Source: Ignavibacteria bacterium
GTDB lineage: Bacteria > Elusimicrobiota > Endomicrobiia > PHAN01
Direction of reading: 5' to 3'
DNA length: 47,423 nt
Assembly: GCA_041694835.1 (NCBI GenBank)
Contig: JBGFRZ010000052.1
Span: 1 to 47,423 of the forward strand
Part shown: positions 17,255 through 26,860 of the stretch, piece after piece
How the letters are laid out: each line of letters begins with the position of its first letter
How positions within the stretch are numbered: the first letter of the stretch is position 1
Notes under the pieces: model-generated
What the model was told of the DNA's origin: nothing
The model's database searches: none
What the model saw: only the letters and a program-made list of their open reading frames with translations
Program-made: the position numbers and the translations under genes

Positions 17255-19270
17255 ATGAAAAACTACTCTAGTGGTCAAATCAGAAACATCTGTCTTGTTG
17301 GTCCACAGGGGGCGGGAAAAACATCATTAATAGAATCTATGTTTTTCTGCTTGGGCAAAATCACACGCAAAGGCGACATCGCCTCAGGCAATACAATATC
17401 CGATTTCACAGAAGAGGAAATTGAGAGAAAAATATCAATGCATCTTTCCGTATCACATTTCGAGCACAACGACCTGAAAATAAACATAATAGACACCCCC
17501 GGCTACTCCGACTTTTGGGGCGATGCGGCATCAGGCCTCTGGGTTGTAGAAAACGCTTTCTTTGTGATACCAGCCGACGGAGGTTTGGACATAAATGCTG
17601 AGGGTTTCTGGGCGGAGTTGACTTCTCAAAAAAAACCGACAGCCATAGTCGTCAGCAAACTTGACAGGGAGAACATAGACTTCGAAAAAATTTATTTACA
17701 ACTGATAGAAAAAATTGGTCAGCAGGTCGCCCCGCTTTACATCCCCGTCAGGACCGGCGCCGGGATGGATTCCATCTGCGACCTCATGAATATGAAACTG
17801 TTGAAAGGGAAAGAGACCGCGGATTTAACGGCTGAAACAAAAAAATACGCCGAGCCGTTCAGGGAAAAACTCATAGAGGCCGTGGCATCAAGTGACGACG
17901 CTCTTATGGAAAGATATTTGAATGGAGACGAAATAAAAACCGAAGAACTTGTGAAATTTGTAAAAAAAGCTTTTTCGGAACGAAACATATTCCCGCTGCT
18001 CTCGACATCCTCAAACAAAATGGCGGGAATCGAATCACTTATTAAATTCATCGCCGAAGAAACCCAAAGCCCAGTCGCTGACGAAAATAGCCCATTCTCG
18101 GGAGTGGTTTTTAAAACGTCGAGCGAGCCGGGGATGGGGCATTTGAACTTCCTGAAAATATGTTCCGGTAAAATAACGTCCGGCAAAGATGTAATGAACT
18201 TCACAAGAAACAAACCCGAAAGAATAGGACAGATCGCGACTTGCGTTGGCAAAAAACGAACGGAGAACACAATCGCTATGGCTGGCGACATCGTAACTCT
18301 TGCCAAGCTTAAAGAAACAAAAACAAACGACATAATCGCGGAGAATAAACATAAACCAGACATAGCTCCAATTCCCTTCCCGGAACCTCTTTATGAAAGA
18401 GCGATATTTTCCAAAAATAAAGGGGATGAGGAAAAAATCGGCCAAGCCCTCTCAAACGTCCTGCTCGAACATCCCACCGTGAAACAATTTTACAGGACCG
18501 AAACAAGGGAGATGGTGCTGGCGGGGCTCGGAAATTTACAACTTGAGGTAATAACGAAAAAAGCAAAATCCGCCTATCATGTCGATATGGAATTAAATAA
18601 ACCGCGAATACCATACAAAGAGACTGCGCTCGGAAGTTCACATGTTCAGGGAAAATATAAAAGGCAATCCGGCGGACGAGGCCAGTACGGCGACTGCTGG
18701 TTGAAAATCGAGCACAAGCCCATAGGAAGCGGCTACGAGTTTATCGATAAGATAGTCGGTGGCGCCATACCGAAAAACTACATCCCGTCAATAGAAAAAG
18801 GCGTAAAAGAAGCTATGGAACAAGGCGTCATCGCAGGATATCCGGTAGTAGACATAAAGGTCACCGTCGATGACGGCTCTTTTCACGAAGTGGACTCGTC
18901 GGACATGGCATTTAAAATTGCCGGGGCGATGGCGCTGAGAAAGGGCGTTCTTGAGGCGAGGCCTTGCCTGCTTGAGCCAATTTTGAATGTGGAAGTTATG
19001 GTTCCCGAAGAGTTTATGGGTTCGATAATGGGGGATTTAAACTCAAGAAGAGGAAAAGTGTCGGGCATGGACAGAGTCAGCGGGAAACAACTCGTAAAGG
19101 CTCAGGTGCCATGGGGAGAGATGTTTGAGTATCTTATAGATTTAAAATCGCTCACAAGGGGTTCCGGAAAATTTAAGTATTCGTTTTCTCATTATGAAAT
19201 AGCGCCGCCGCAGGTCACTCATCCGCTGATAGATACTTTCAATAAATCAAAGGCAAAAGAAGATGAATAG
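17255..19270 (+). CDS. Elongation factor G paralog (EF-G2-like)
   Basis: GPQGAGKTS, DTPGY (Tyr in place of the catalytic His), SKLD, KRQSGGRGQYG and HEVDSSDMAF. Confidence 0.88.
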   Translation: MKNYSSGQIRNICLVGPQGAGKTSLIESMFFCLGKITRKGDIASGNTISDFTEEEIERKISMHLSVSHFEHNDLKINIIDTPGYSDFWGDAASGLWVVENAFFVIPADGGLDINAEGFWAELTSQKKPTAIVVSKLDRENIDFEKIYLQLIEKIGQQVAPLYIPVRTGAGMDSICDLMNMKLLKGKETADLTAETKKYAEPFREKLIEAVASSDDALMERYLNGDEIKTEELVKFVKKAFSERNIFPLLSTSSNKMAGIESLIKFIAEETQSPVADENSPFSGVVFKTSSEPGMGHLNFLKICSGKITSGKDVMNFTRNKPERIGQIATCVGKKRTENTIAMAGDIVTLAKLKETKTNDIIAENKHKPDIAPIPFPEPLYERAIFSKNKGDEEKIGQALSNVLLEHPTVKQFYRTETREMVLAGLGNLQLEVITKKAKSAYHVDMELNKPRIPYKETALGSSHVQGKYKRQSGGRGQYGDCWLKIEHKPIGSGYEFIDKIVGGAIPKNYIPSIEKGVKEAMEQGVIAGYPVVDIKVTVDDGSFHEVDSSDMAFKIAGAMALRKGVLEARPCLLEPILNVEVMVPEEFMGSIMGDLNSRRGKVSGMDRVSGKQLVKAQVPWGEMFEYLIDLKSLTRGSGKFKYSFSHYEIAPPQVTHPLIDTFNKSKAKEDE

Positions 19271-19318
19271 AGGATAGGCCCGTGACTTGTGCACTTGCGC
19301 TCTTATCCCTTGCGCACT
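19266..19318. repeat. Short repeat remnant (CTTGTGCA 8-mer family)
   Basis: aatagaggatagg then cttgtgca cttgcgct cttatcc cttgcgca. Confidence 0.65.
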
Positions 19319-19328
19319 ATTTGAGATT

Positions 19329-20486
19329 ATGAACATAGGATTCTTTACCGACGTATATAGACCCGGTATCGACGGGATAGTCACAGCGGTGGATATGTTT
19401 CTCATAGAGTCGGAAAAACTTGGGCATAACACTTACATCATCACCCCGAGATATCCAAACTACATCGATTCCCAAAAAAACATAATAAGGGTTCCGTCAA
19501 TACCTTTTCTTTTTTACCCCCCGTACCGAATAGGGCTTCCGGGTTTCAGTAAAAAAACTTACGATAAAATAAGCGACTTAAATCTTGATGTAATACACAC
19601 CCACTCTCCTTTTCCCCTCGGACTTTACGGTGTAAACCTTTCAAGGAAATGGAATCTTCCTCTGCTATACACATATCACACACTTTATCCAAAATATGTG
19701 CATTACCTGCTCAAAGGAAAAATTATCACGCCGAAAACCGCGGAAAAAATCGTCAGGAACTACTCCAATAAATGCGATTGCGTAATCGCTCCGTCGCCAC
19801 AGATGAAAGACGAGCTCATTGGCTACGGCGTAAAAACATGGGTGGAAATTCTCCCAACCGGCGTAAATAAAAATGACTTTGAGGCGAAGGATTTGTTTTC
19901 GGTCAGGAAAAAACACGGTCTTTCGCAAGAAACAAAGATACTTCTTTACGCAGGAAGGCTCGGGAAGGAAAAAAATCTCGGGCTTCTTTTGGAGTCATTC
20001 AAAAAAGTCGTTGGAGACTACAGCGATGTTCATCTTTTTCTCGCCGGAGACGGCGTTCTGAAAAACGAACTTAAAGTCGTTTCAAAAAATCTCGGTATTG
20101 ATTCAAAGATGACTTTTCTTAATTTCCTCGATAGACAGACGCTTTCTCAATACTACAAGGAGTCGGACATATTTGTGTTCCCCTCCGTGACCGAAACACA
20201 GGGCCTTGTGCTCATTGAGGTTCTTTTAAACAACACCGCCGTAATTACTATGAATCAGGGCGGGGTCTTGAGTATAATCCGGCACGACCAAAACGGTATA
20301 CTTTCAAACAACACCGTGGATGAATTTGCAGGATGGATTCTGAAACTTCTTAAAGACGAAAATCACAGGCAACGACTTTTAAAACAAGGATACGAGGATG
20401 CCCTGAAAATGACCTCTGAAAAATCCACTGAAAGACACATTGAAATATACAAAGAATTGATTGCCGCAAAAAAAGTGAGCCGATAA
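19329..20486 (+). CDS. Glycosyltransferase family 4 (diacylglycerol glucosyltransferase-like)
   Basis: MNIGFFTD, HTHSPF, YTYHT, GRLGKEKN and ETQGLVLIE. The upstream extension is repeat-derived. Confidence 0.9.
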   Translation: MNIGFFTDVYRPGIDGIVTAVDMFLIESEKLGHNTYIITPRYPNYIDSQKNIIRVPSIPFLFYPPYRIGLPGFSKKTYDKISDLNLDVIHTHSPFPLGLYGVNLSRKWNLPLLYTYHTLYPKYVHYLLKGKIITPKTAEKIVRNYSNKCDCVIAPSPQMKDELIGYGVKTWVEILPTGVNKNDFEAKDLFSVRKKHGLSQETKILLYAGRLGKEKNLGLLLESFKKVVGDYSDVHLFLAGDGVLKNELKVVSKNLGIDSKMTFLNFLDRQTLSQYYKESDIFVFPSVTETQGLVLIEVLLNNTAVITMNQGGVLSIIRHDQNGILSNNTVDEFAGWILKLLKDENHRQRLLKQGYEDALKMTSEKSTERHIEIYKELIAAKKVSR

Positions 20487-20499
20487 ACGGCCGCGTCTC

Positions 20500-21309
20500 T
20501 CACCATGTTTTTGATGGCCCCAGTATGTAAACCGTCACCGGCCTGTGCATCCACGGTTTTTCTTCTTCGACATTCGTAACCCCGAGGTCTATTCTGTCGC
20601 CTTTAATAAGATTGCCCGTGTCGGCGGCGTAGCCGTAACCGTAGCCCGGCACATAAAGTCTTGTCCTCAACGGTATAACCTTCGGATCGACGGCAATCAT
20701 TCCTCTTTGCATTTTGAGTCCCAGAAACGTAATTGTTCCATCGCGCCATGCGAGAGGATCGCCTGGGTAGTACGCGGTCGCTATCATCTTTTTTTTAGGG
20801 GATTTAGAAAGGTTGTATATCTTTATCGGATATCTGCTTTTTTTGTCAAGCAGGGTAAGAAGCTCTTCTATCTTTGTTTCTTTTTTTGTCTCGACAACTT
20901 CTCTTTTCACCTCGCTTCCGTCGTGGGTTACGACTTTGATTTTGCTTATGTTCTTTACACTTTTAAGCTTTTCGTATTTTACGGGCCTGAGATTTGCCGA
21001 AGATTTCCAACTATATATTATTTTTGGCTTTGTATTTTCCACTTTTTCCTCAATTTTTTCTTCCACCCTTATTATTTTTATTATCTTAGGATACTTTAAT
21101 TCCGCCTGAAGTGGGGGCTCCGCTATATCGTTGTCGTCAACTTTTATTTTTGCCTTGAAAAGTATATCGTTTACCATCTTGACATCTGTGTAAAAAATCC
21201 TTCTTTTACCGTCGGCTATAATGATTATCCTTCTGCTCAAAACATGGTAGACCTCGGCCGCCGCCGCAAGGGCAAAAATAAGAAAAATCATCTTTTTACC
21301 TATTTTCAT
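20500..21309 (-). CDS. DUF348/G5-like + 3D domain cell-wall protein (YabE-like)
   Basis: ATAY, IAVDPKVIPL and AADTGNLIKGDRIDL motifs, with an N-terminal hydrophobic anchor. Start uncertain. Confidence 0.8.
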   Translation of the reverse strand: MKIGKKMIFLIFALAAAAEVYHVLSRRIIIIADGKRRIFYTDVKMVNDILFKAKIKVDDNDIAEPPLQAELKYPKIIKIIRVEEKIEEKVENTKPKIIYSWKSSANLRPVKYEKLKSVKNISKIKVVTHDGSEVKREVVETKKETKIEELLTLLDKKSRYPIKIYNLSKSPKKKMIATAYYPGDPLAWRDGTITFLGLKMQRGMIAVDPKVIPLRTRLYVPGYGYGYAADTGNLIKGDRIDLGVTNVEEEKPWMHRPVTVYILGPSKTW

Positions 21310-21904
21310 AGTCGTTAAGATAGGGCCTTGCGCGAAATTGAACCCCGAGAGAGTCGGCGAGCGCTTTAAGGTCGCCAATGTCAAGACCAGGGAGCCCCAC
21401 CGCGGTTAAGACAATCTCCGGTATATGTTTTTTCGCTTCTCTTACAAAATCCAACACCGCTTCAAAAGATTTTTTTCCATAAACGCTCCTGTTTATTTTC
21501 TGATATTCAGAACTGTTTGAGGCATTCAGACTGACCGATATAGCGTCCACAACGCCTTCAAGCTCTGGAAGAACATCTCTCCCGTTTATCAGATTCCCGA
21601 GCCCTGTCGTATTTATCCTTACCTTTTTTCCACATGTTCTAACCGATACTGCGACCGCTTTCATAACGTCGAATCTCATGAAGGGCTCACCGTATCCGCA
21701 AAAAACAACTTCTTGTGCGTCGCCAAGGTTTTTTTTTATCTCATCTATAATTTCATGCGCTTCCGGCTCTCTCTTAAGTTTCAAATCGTGCCCTCTGAAT
21801 TTCCAACGCCATTTATACTTTATACAGTAAACACATCTTGAGGGACATCTGTTCGTGATATTTACATACAGAGAGTTTTTATAACGGTAAATAATGCTGT
21901 TCAT
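21296..21904 (-). CDS. TatD family-associated radical SAM protein
   Basis: YVNITNRCPSRCVYC and VFCGYGEP motifs; adjacent to tatD. Confidence 0.9.
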   Translation of the reverse strand: MNSIIYRYKNSLYVNITNRCPSRCVYCIKYKWRWKFRGHDLKLKREPEAHEIIDEIKKNLGDAQEVVFCGYGEPFMRFDVMKAVAVSVRTCGKKVRINTTGLGNLINGRDVLPELEGVVDAISVSLNASNSSEYQKINRSVYGKKSFEAVLDFVREAKKHIPEIVLTAVGLPGLDIGDLKALADSLGVQFRARPYLNDYENR

Positions 21905-21921
21905 ATTGTTTGTCCTATTTT

Positions 21922-22692
21922 TTATCCGTCACAACGAATCCCAAATAGTTTCTTCGCGTTATCAGCCGTTATGCGCGAAATCTCCCCGAAAGACATTCCT
22001 TTTATCTCGGCGATTTTTGCGATAACATGTTTTACATAAAGCGGTTCGTTTCTTTCTCCTCTTATATTTTGAGGCGGAAGATACGGGGAATCTGTCTCTA
22101 CCAGCATCCTTTTTATATCCAAACTTTTAACCGCATCGGTCAATTGTTTTGCGGAAGGATACGTTATGGGTCCGTCGATGCCTATATGGAATCCAAGCTC
22201 AACAAAATCTTCCAAATCAATGATAGTTCCGGAAAAACAATGAATCACGCCTTTGTAACTTTTCGAGATTCCTTTTAAGGTGGCAAGGCAGTCGCTGTAT
22301 GCTTCCCGACAATGTATAATGAGTGGCTTTTGAATCAGCATCGCAACTTCTATCTCTTTTCTGAAAACATCTTCCTGCCTGGAGGCGGGGCTGTTCTTAT
22401 GGTAATAATCGAGACCCGTTTCCCCCACCGCCACAACATTTTCCCGCAAGCAAAATTCTTTAAGTTTCATTATGTCGTCGTCGGAAACATCCTTGGCGTC
22501 ATGTGGATGGAAGCCCGCCGACAAGAAAAAATTTTTATGCTCTTTTGAAAGTTTCAGAGCCGATTCCCAGTCGCAATGCGAAAGCGCCACCTCGATTACG
22601 CAGAGACCTTCGGCCAAACATCGACGTATAACATCATCCCTGTCTGAGTCGAAAAACTTATCCAAAAGATGGGTGTGGGTGTCTACTATCAT
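21922..22692 (-). CDS. tatD: TatD family nuclease
   Basis: DTHTH, GFHPH, GETGLDY, IHCR, HCFSG and ETDSPYL motifs. Confidence 0.93.
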   Translation of the reverse strand: MIVDTHTHLLDKFFDSDRDDVIRRCLAEGLCVIEVALSHCDWESALKLSKEHKNFFLSAGFHPHDAKDVSDDDIMKLKEFCLRENVVAVGETGLDYYHKNSPASRQEDVFRKEIEVAMLIQKPLIIHCREAYSDCLATLKGISKSYKGVIHCFSGTIIDLEDFVELGFHIGIDGPITYPSAKQLTDAVKSLDIKRMLVETDSPYLPPQNIRGERNEPLYVKHVIAKIAEIKGMSFGEISRITADNAKKLFGIRCDG

Positions 22693-24134
22693 TCCATTAT
22701 TATCTGATATTCGTCATATTCCAGAGAGGAATCCTTTACTATATTGACATCGGCGCAAAGACGCTTCTTTTTCTCGATAAAATAATCAGCGACCTCGGGA
22801 TTCAATTTCAATCTAAGATTGAAACCGCTATGCCTCTGAGCTATCCCCATTTTCGGAACGAATTTCTGAAGTTCCGAATTTACTTTCACGAAAACGGAGT
22901 GTTTTGACAAAACCATGCCGCCTCCTTTGCAGCAGGGGCAGGTTTCGCCCATCATCGCACGCAAAGAAGGAGACTTTCTCGAACGGCTCATTTCAATAAG
23001 ACCGAGATTAGTCACAGGGAAAATTTTGACCCTGGCCTTATCACTTTTTACAGCTTCGGACAATGTATCAAGAACCTTTCTTTGGGACGTTCTGTTTTTC
23101 ATATCTATGAAATCGGTTACGATTATTCCGCCGATGTTTCTTAAACGAAGATGCCTGGCTATCTCATGCGCCGCCGCTATGTTTGTCTGGGTGACAGTTT
23201 CTTCAAGACTGCCGCCGACATATTTCCCCGAGTTAACATCTATGGCGCAGAGCGATTCCGCTTCCTGTATGATTATATATCCTCCTGTCGCTAGTTTCAC
23301 CCTCGGTAAAAGCAGATTTTCTATCTCTTTTTCTATATTGAAAGCCACAAAGAGCGGCGTTTTATTTTTGTAAAGTTTTATCCTGTCCTTCAGCTCGGGA
23401 GCGACATCGGAAACATACTCAAGAGCGGAATCAAATATCTCTTGCGAATCGGTGAGAAGCGTTTTCACCTCGTCGATAAAATAATCGCGAATAATGGATT
23501 GGGTAACATCCAAGTCGCTGTAAATTGTGCGCGGCGATTTAACCTGATTAAATTTGTTCAAAAGCATCTTAAAGACCCTGTCCAAATATCTTATTTCGTC
23601 TTTGAGCTCTTCGTCTGTGGCATCCTCCGACTCGCTGCGGAATATCCCCCCGTATGAGAGATTTTTCTCCTTTAAATATCTGATTGCAAACTCTTTCAGA
23701 TGTGCTCTTCTAGACTTATCCGTTATGTTCTTTGAAACACCAAGTTTGTTTGAAAACGGCATAAGAACAAAAAACCTTCCCGTAAGCGAAAGATTCATCG
23801 TAATCTTCGGGCCTTTTGTTCCTATACTTTCTTTCGTCACCTGGACCATTATGTCCGAATTCGCTTTCAAGGCGCTTTGGAGCTTTTTTGTGTGCGGAAC
23901 GACATCGTCTATCTGAAGATATGCATTTTTTCCAAATCCTATATCAACAAACGCGCTGTTAAGTCCCGGTAGAATATTTTTAATCCTGCCCTTGTAGATG
24001 TTGCCGACTATTTTTTGCTTGTCGGGCATGTCCGTGAAAAAATCCGTAAGCCTGGGATGACCACCATGAACTTTCTCAAGTATCGCCACCCTGGTTTCGA
24101 GATGAGTGGCCGATATTAAAATCTCTTTTTCCAT
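22689..24134 (-). CDS. rng: Rne/Rng family ribonuclease (RNase G-like)
   Basis: GNIYKG, AFVDIG, IDVNSG, LRNIGGII.DFIDM and CPCC Zn link. Confidence 0.9.
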   Translation of the reverse strand: MEKEILISATHLETRVAILEKVHGGHPRLTDFFTDMPDKQKIVGNIYKGRIKNILPGLNSAFVDIGFGKNAYLQIDDVVPHTKKLQSALKANSDIMVQVTKESIGTKGPKITMNLSLTGRFFVLMPFSNKLGVSKNITDKSRRAHLKEFAIRYLKEKNLSYGGIFRSESEDATDEELKDEIRYLDRVFKMLLNKFNQVKSPRTIYSDLDVTQSIIRDYFIDEVKTLLTDSQEIFDSALEYVSDVAPELKDRIKLYKNKTPLFVAFNIEKEIENLLLPRVKLATGGYIIIQEAESLCAIDVNSGKYVGGSLEETVTQTNIAAAHEIARHLRLRNIGGIIVTDFIDMKNRTSQRKVLDTLSEAVKSDKARVKIFPVTNLGLIEMSRSRKSPSLRAMMGETCPCCKGGGMVLSKHSVFVKVNSELQKFVPKMGIAQRHSGFNLRLKLNPEVADYFIEKKKRLCADVNIVKDSSLEYDEYQIIME

Positions 24135-24170
24135 AAATAAAACTCCTTTCCGATATGCCCCCTGTCGGGC

Positions 24171-26612
24171 TTACAATTCCGCAAATGAGCCGTCCTTCCT
24201 TATCGTATAAAAATTTTTTCTCCTAACGAACATACTTCTTTCATCGACATTCAAAATGAAAGATAGTATCTTTTCCGGTTTAAGATTCTTTCCGGGAGAT
24301 ATGGTTTCTGAAAGAAAAACTGTCTTTTCATCCGAAAGGTAAATCTCCCTGATTATAGTTTTCAAGTCGTATCTTATGCTCTTACTCCCTGAAACCTTAT
24401 CGTAAGCGACGCTTCCGGCGGCGTGGAACTTTTCTATTTTAGCGAACGCATCGGTTTTTTCATGAAGGATAACGGTGTAAGCCACAACGTTAGAGAGCGA
24501 TTCCACAGAAGGAAACACCGACGGAACCTGTCTGGCGCTTACAAGCTTGAAGTTCTCGGGCAGCTTGAGCGAAAATTTCTCTTTTATATCGTCGGGATTG
24601 ATGAATCTTGAAAATTCTGCTTCAAAATATTCCGCTTCGCTTTCATAACCTACTGAAATAGCCGGGCCGAACGAAATTTTCGGCTGAGGGCTGAAACCGA
24701 AGGTGTATTTTATAGGAAAGCCTGCCCTTCGCATGGCCATTCTGAAGATATTGATCTGGTCGTTGTGAGAAATAAATCGAGCCAAACCATAACGCGCAAC
24801 CCGGAAGCGATATCTGAAAGAATGTTTTTTAGCAAACCCCGTTAGAGAGTCGCGGATAGACAGTGGCTCTGTAATGAAAACATTGTTCTTGCGAGGGGGA
24901 CGAGTGGTATTCTCTAATGGGATAAATGTTTCAGAACTTCTCATTAAAATGTGAGACCATGGCAGTTTCAAAACCGCGCTGGACTGTGCGGCATATTCAT
25001 GCGGATTAATGCCAACTTTTTCAAATGCGTCAAGCCATTTTTCAAAATCAAATTTTTCCTGCCACTGGTCGAACCTCGAGCCTCCGAGATATGCTTGATT
25101 TATAACTCCCGACAACCGCCTGTCGCCGCGAGCGATGATGCCTTCTATGAAATTCATTTTGATATTGTGCGACTTTACGGACACACCAAGATGCCTGAGA
25201 TTTTTCCTGAGGTGCAATTCTTTTTGCCCAAGGATTTCGATATCGTTCTGTTTTTCCCTCTCGAAAGCCGTCTGGGGTTTGGGAACAAACGGAGAGAGCG
25301 TGGTTTTCAAGCCGAGAGATCTAAAACGTTTTTTGATTTCCCCTACAAGACTACAAATCGCCGCCAGATCGTTTTCGGTTTCGCCGGGAAGGCCGTACAT
25401 AAAATAGAGCTTCAACTGCTTCCATCCGGCGGCGACAGCATTGCTTATAGCGCCGAAAACAGCGTCGTCTTTTAAGTTCTTACCTATCGAAAATCTCAAT
25501 CTTTCCGAACCGGCCTCCGGGGCGAAGGTCAAAGAGGGACGGGAAGCGGAAGACGAAAGGGAACGCGATATATCTTTGGTGAATCTTTCACAGTGTAAAG
25601 AAGGAAGTGAAACGGAAAACGGAAATTGATTATTTTCAACTAACACATCCGAAACAAGTTTTTCTATATCCGGATAATCGCCGCTTGAGAGCGATAAGAA
25701 AGCCACAGCGTCGTAACCCGTGTTTTTTATCCCCTCCCGAACCACAGATTTAATAACCTCAACTGGACGGACCCTCCACGGCCAGTAGTAATTTCTTGCC
25801 TGGCAGAACAAACATCCGTGGGGACAACCCCTGGCTATTTCCACATTCAGTCTAGAATGGACACTTTCGACATTCGGCAAAGTTGGTTTTGTCTCTAAAG
25901 ATGTCTCCCTTCTGTTTATATCGTAAATCCTTTTGCTTATAGTTTCAGGGGCTGATGCTTCGGTTTTAACCATTCCAGAAAAAACGCCGCTTTCATAACG
26001 AGGGGTATAAAAAGACGGAACATACACCCCGCTTATTTTCGAAATTTCTTTCAAAACACCTCGTCTCTCCGGGCGGCGCCCAAGCGATGAAAGTGCAGTT
26101 AAAACTTCTATTATGACATCCTCTCCATCACCAACAATAACAGCGTCAAAAAAATCCGCAAATGGCTCGGGGTTGACTGTTAAGGGACCGCCGGCGACTA
26201 CGAGTGGGTCGCTCACCTTGCGGTCCTTCGAGAAAACGCTCACCCCCCCGGAATCAAGCATGGCGAGAACATTTGTAAGGGATAGCTCGTACTGAAGACT
26301 GAAGCCAAGAACATCAAAATCCCTGAGAGGCGTTTTTGTCTCAAGAGAATACAGAAAGAGTCCTTTTTCTTTCAAAATGCTTTCGAAATCCGAATCCGGC
26401 GAGAAACATCTCTCGGCCGAAAAATCTTCGCGAGAATTTACAATCTTGTAAAGCATCTCCAATCCGAGTGATGAGGTCCCGAGTTCGTACAAATCCGGGA
26501 AACAAAAGCAGAGCCTTGTTTTCTTCCCGTTTTCGACACGAATGGCATTCCATTCGCCGCCGATGTATCGGGCGGGCCTCTGCACATACGGTAAAATTTT
26601 ATTTAAATCCAT
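24171..26612 (-). CDS. B12-binding radical SAM protein fused to a radical-SAM-linked (DUF2344-like) domain
   Basis: RPARYIGGE, RGCPHGCLFC and FAPEAGS motifs; C-terminal FISH...GFSPQPKISFGPA. Confidence 0.88.
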   Translation of the reverse strand: MDLNKILPYVQRPARYIGGEWNAIRVENGKKTRLCFCFPDLYELGTSSLGLEMLYKIVNSREDFSAERCFSPDSDFESILKEKGLFLYSLETKTPLRDFDVLGFSLQYELSLTNVLAMLDSGGVSVFSKDRKVSDPLVVAGGPLTVNPEPFADFFDAVIVGDGEDVIIEVLTALSSLGRRPERRGVLKEISKISGVYVPSFYTPRYESGVFSGMVKTEASAPETISKRIYDINRRETSLETKPTLPNVESVHSRLNVEIARGCPHGCLFCQARNYYWPWRVRPVEVIKSVVREGIKNTGYDAVAFLSLSSGDYPDIEKLVSDVLVENNQFPFSVSLPSLHCERFTKDISRSLSSSASRPSLTFAPEAGSERLRFSIGKNLKDDAVFGAISNAVAAGWKQLKLYFMYGLPGETENDLAAICSLVGEIKKRFRSLGLKTTLSPFVPKPQTAFEREKQNDIEILGQKELHLRKNLRHLGVSVKSHNIKMNFIEGIIARGDRRLSGVINQAYLGGSRFDQWQEKFDFEKWLDAFEKVGINPHEYAAQSSAVLKLPWSHILMRSSETFIPLENTTRPPRKNNVFITEPLSIRDSLTGFAKKHSFRYRFRVARYGLARFISHNDQINIFRMAMRRAGFPIKYTFGFSPQPKISFGPAISVGYESEAEYFEAEFSRFINPDDIKEKFSLKLPENFKLVSARQVPSVFPSVESLSNVVAYTVILHEKTDAFAKIEKFHAAGSVAYDKVSGSKSIRYDLKTIIREIYLSDEKTVFLSETISPGKNLKPEKILSFILNVDERSMFVRRKNFYTIRKDGSFAEL

Positions 26613-26616
26613 AAAG

Positions 26617-26858
26617 AAAGGACAGAGGACAGAGATGAGAGGTCAGAGGACAGGGGACGGAGTTCAGAACCGATACAGGATGCAGGAGCACAAGGGCACA
26701 AGAACACAAGTCAGGGCAGCAGAGCAGCGGTGGCTCGTGGCTCGTTTCCTCCAGTCACCAGCCACCATCCACTATTCGCTATTTGCTATTCACTATACGC
26801 TATTCTCTCACCCCTCACCTCTCATCTCTCACCTCTATCCACTATTCGTACCATCTAT
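26617..26858. repeat. Multi-family nested repeat element between rodA and the radical SAM gene
   Basis: Left arms AGAGGAC, GCACAAG, GCAGCAGA and GTGGCTC. Right arms CAGCCAC, CTATTCG and CTCTCAC. 26686-26822 is nearly identical to 40892-41028. Confidence 0.9.
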
Positions 26859-26860
26859 TA

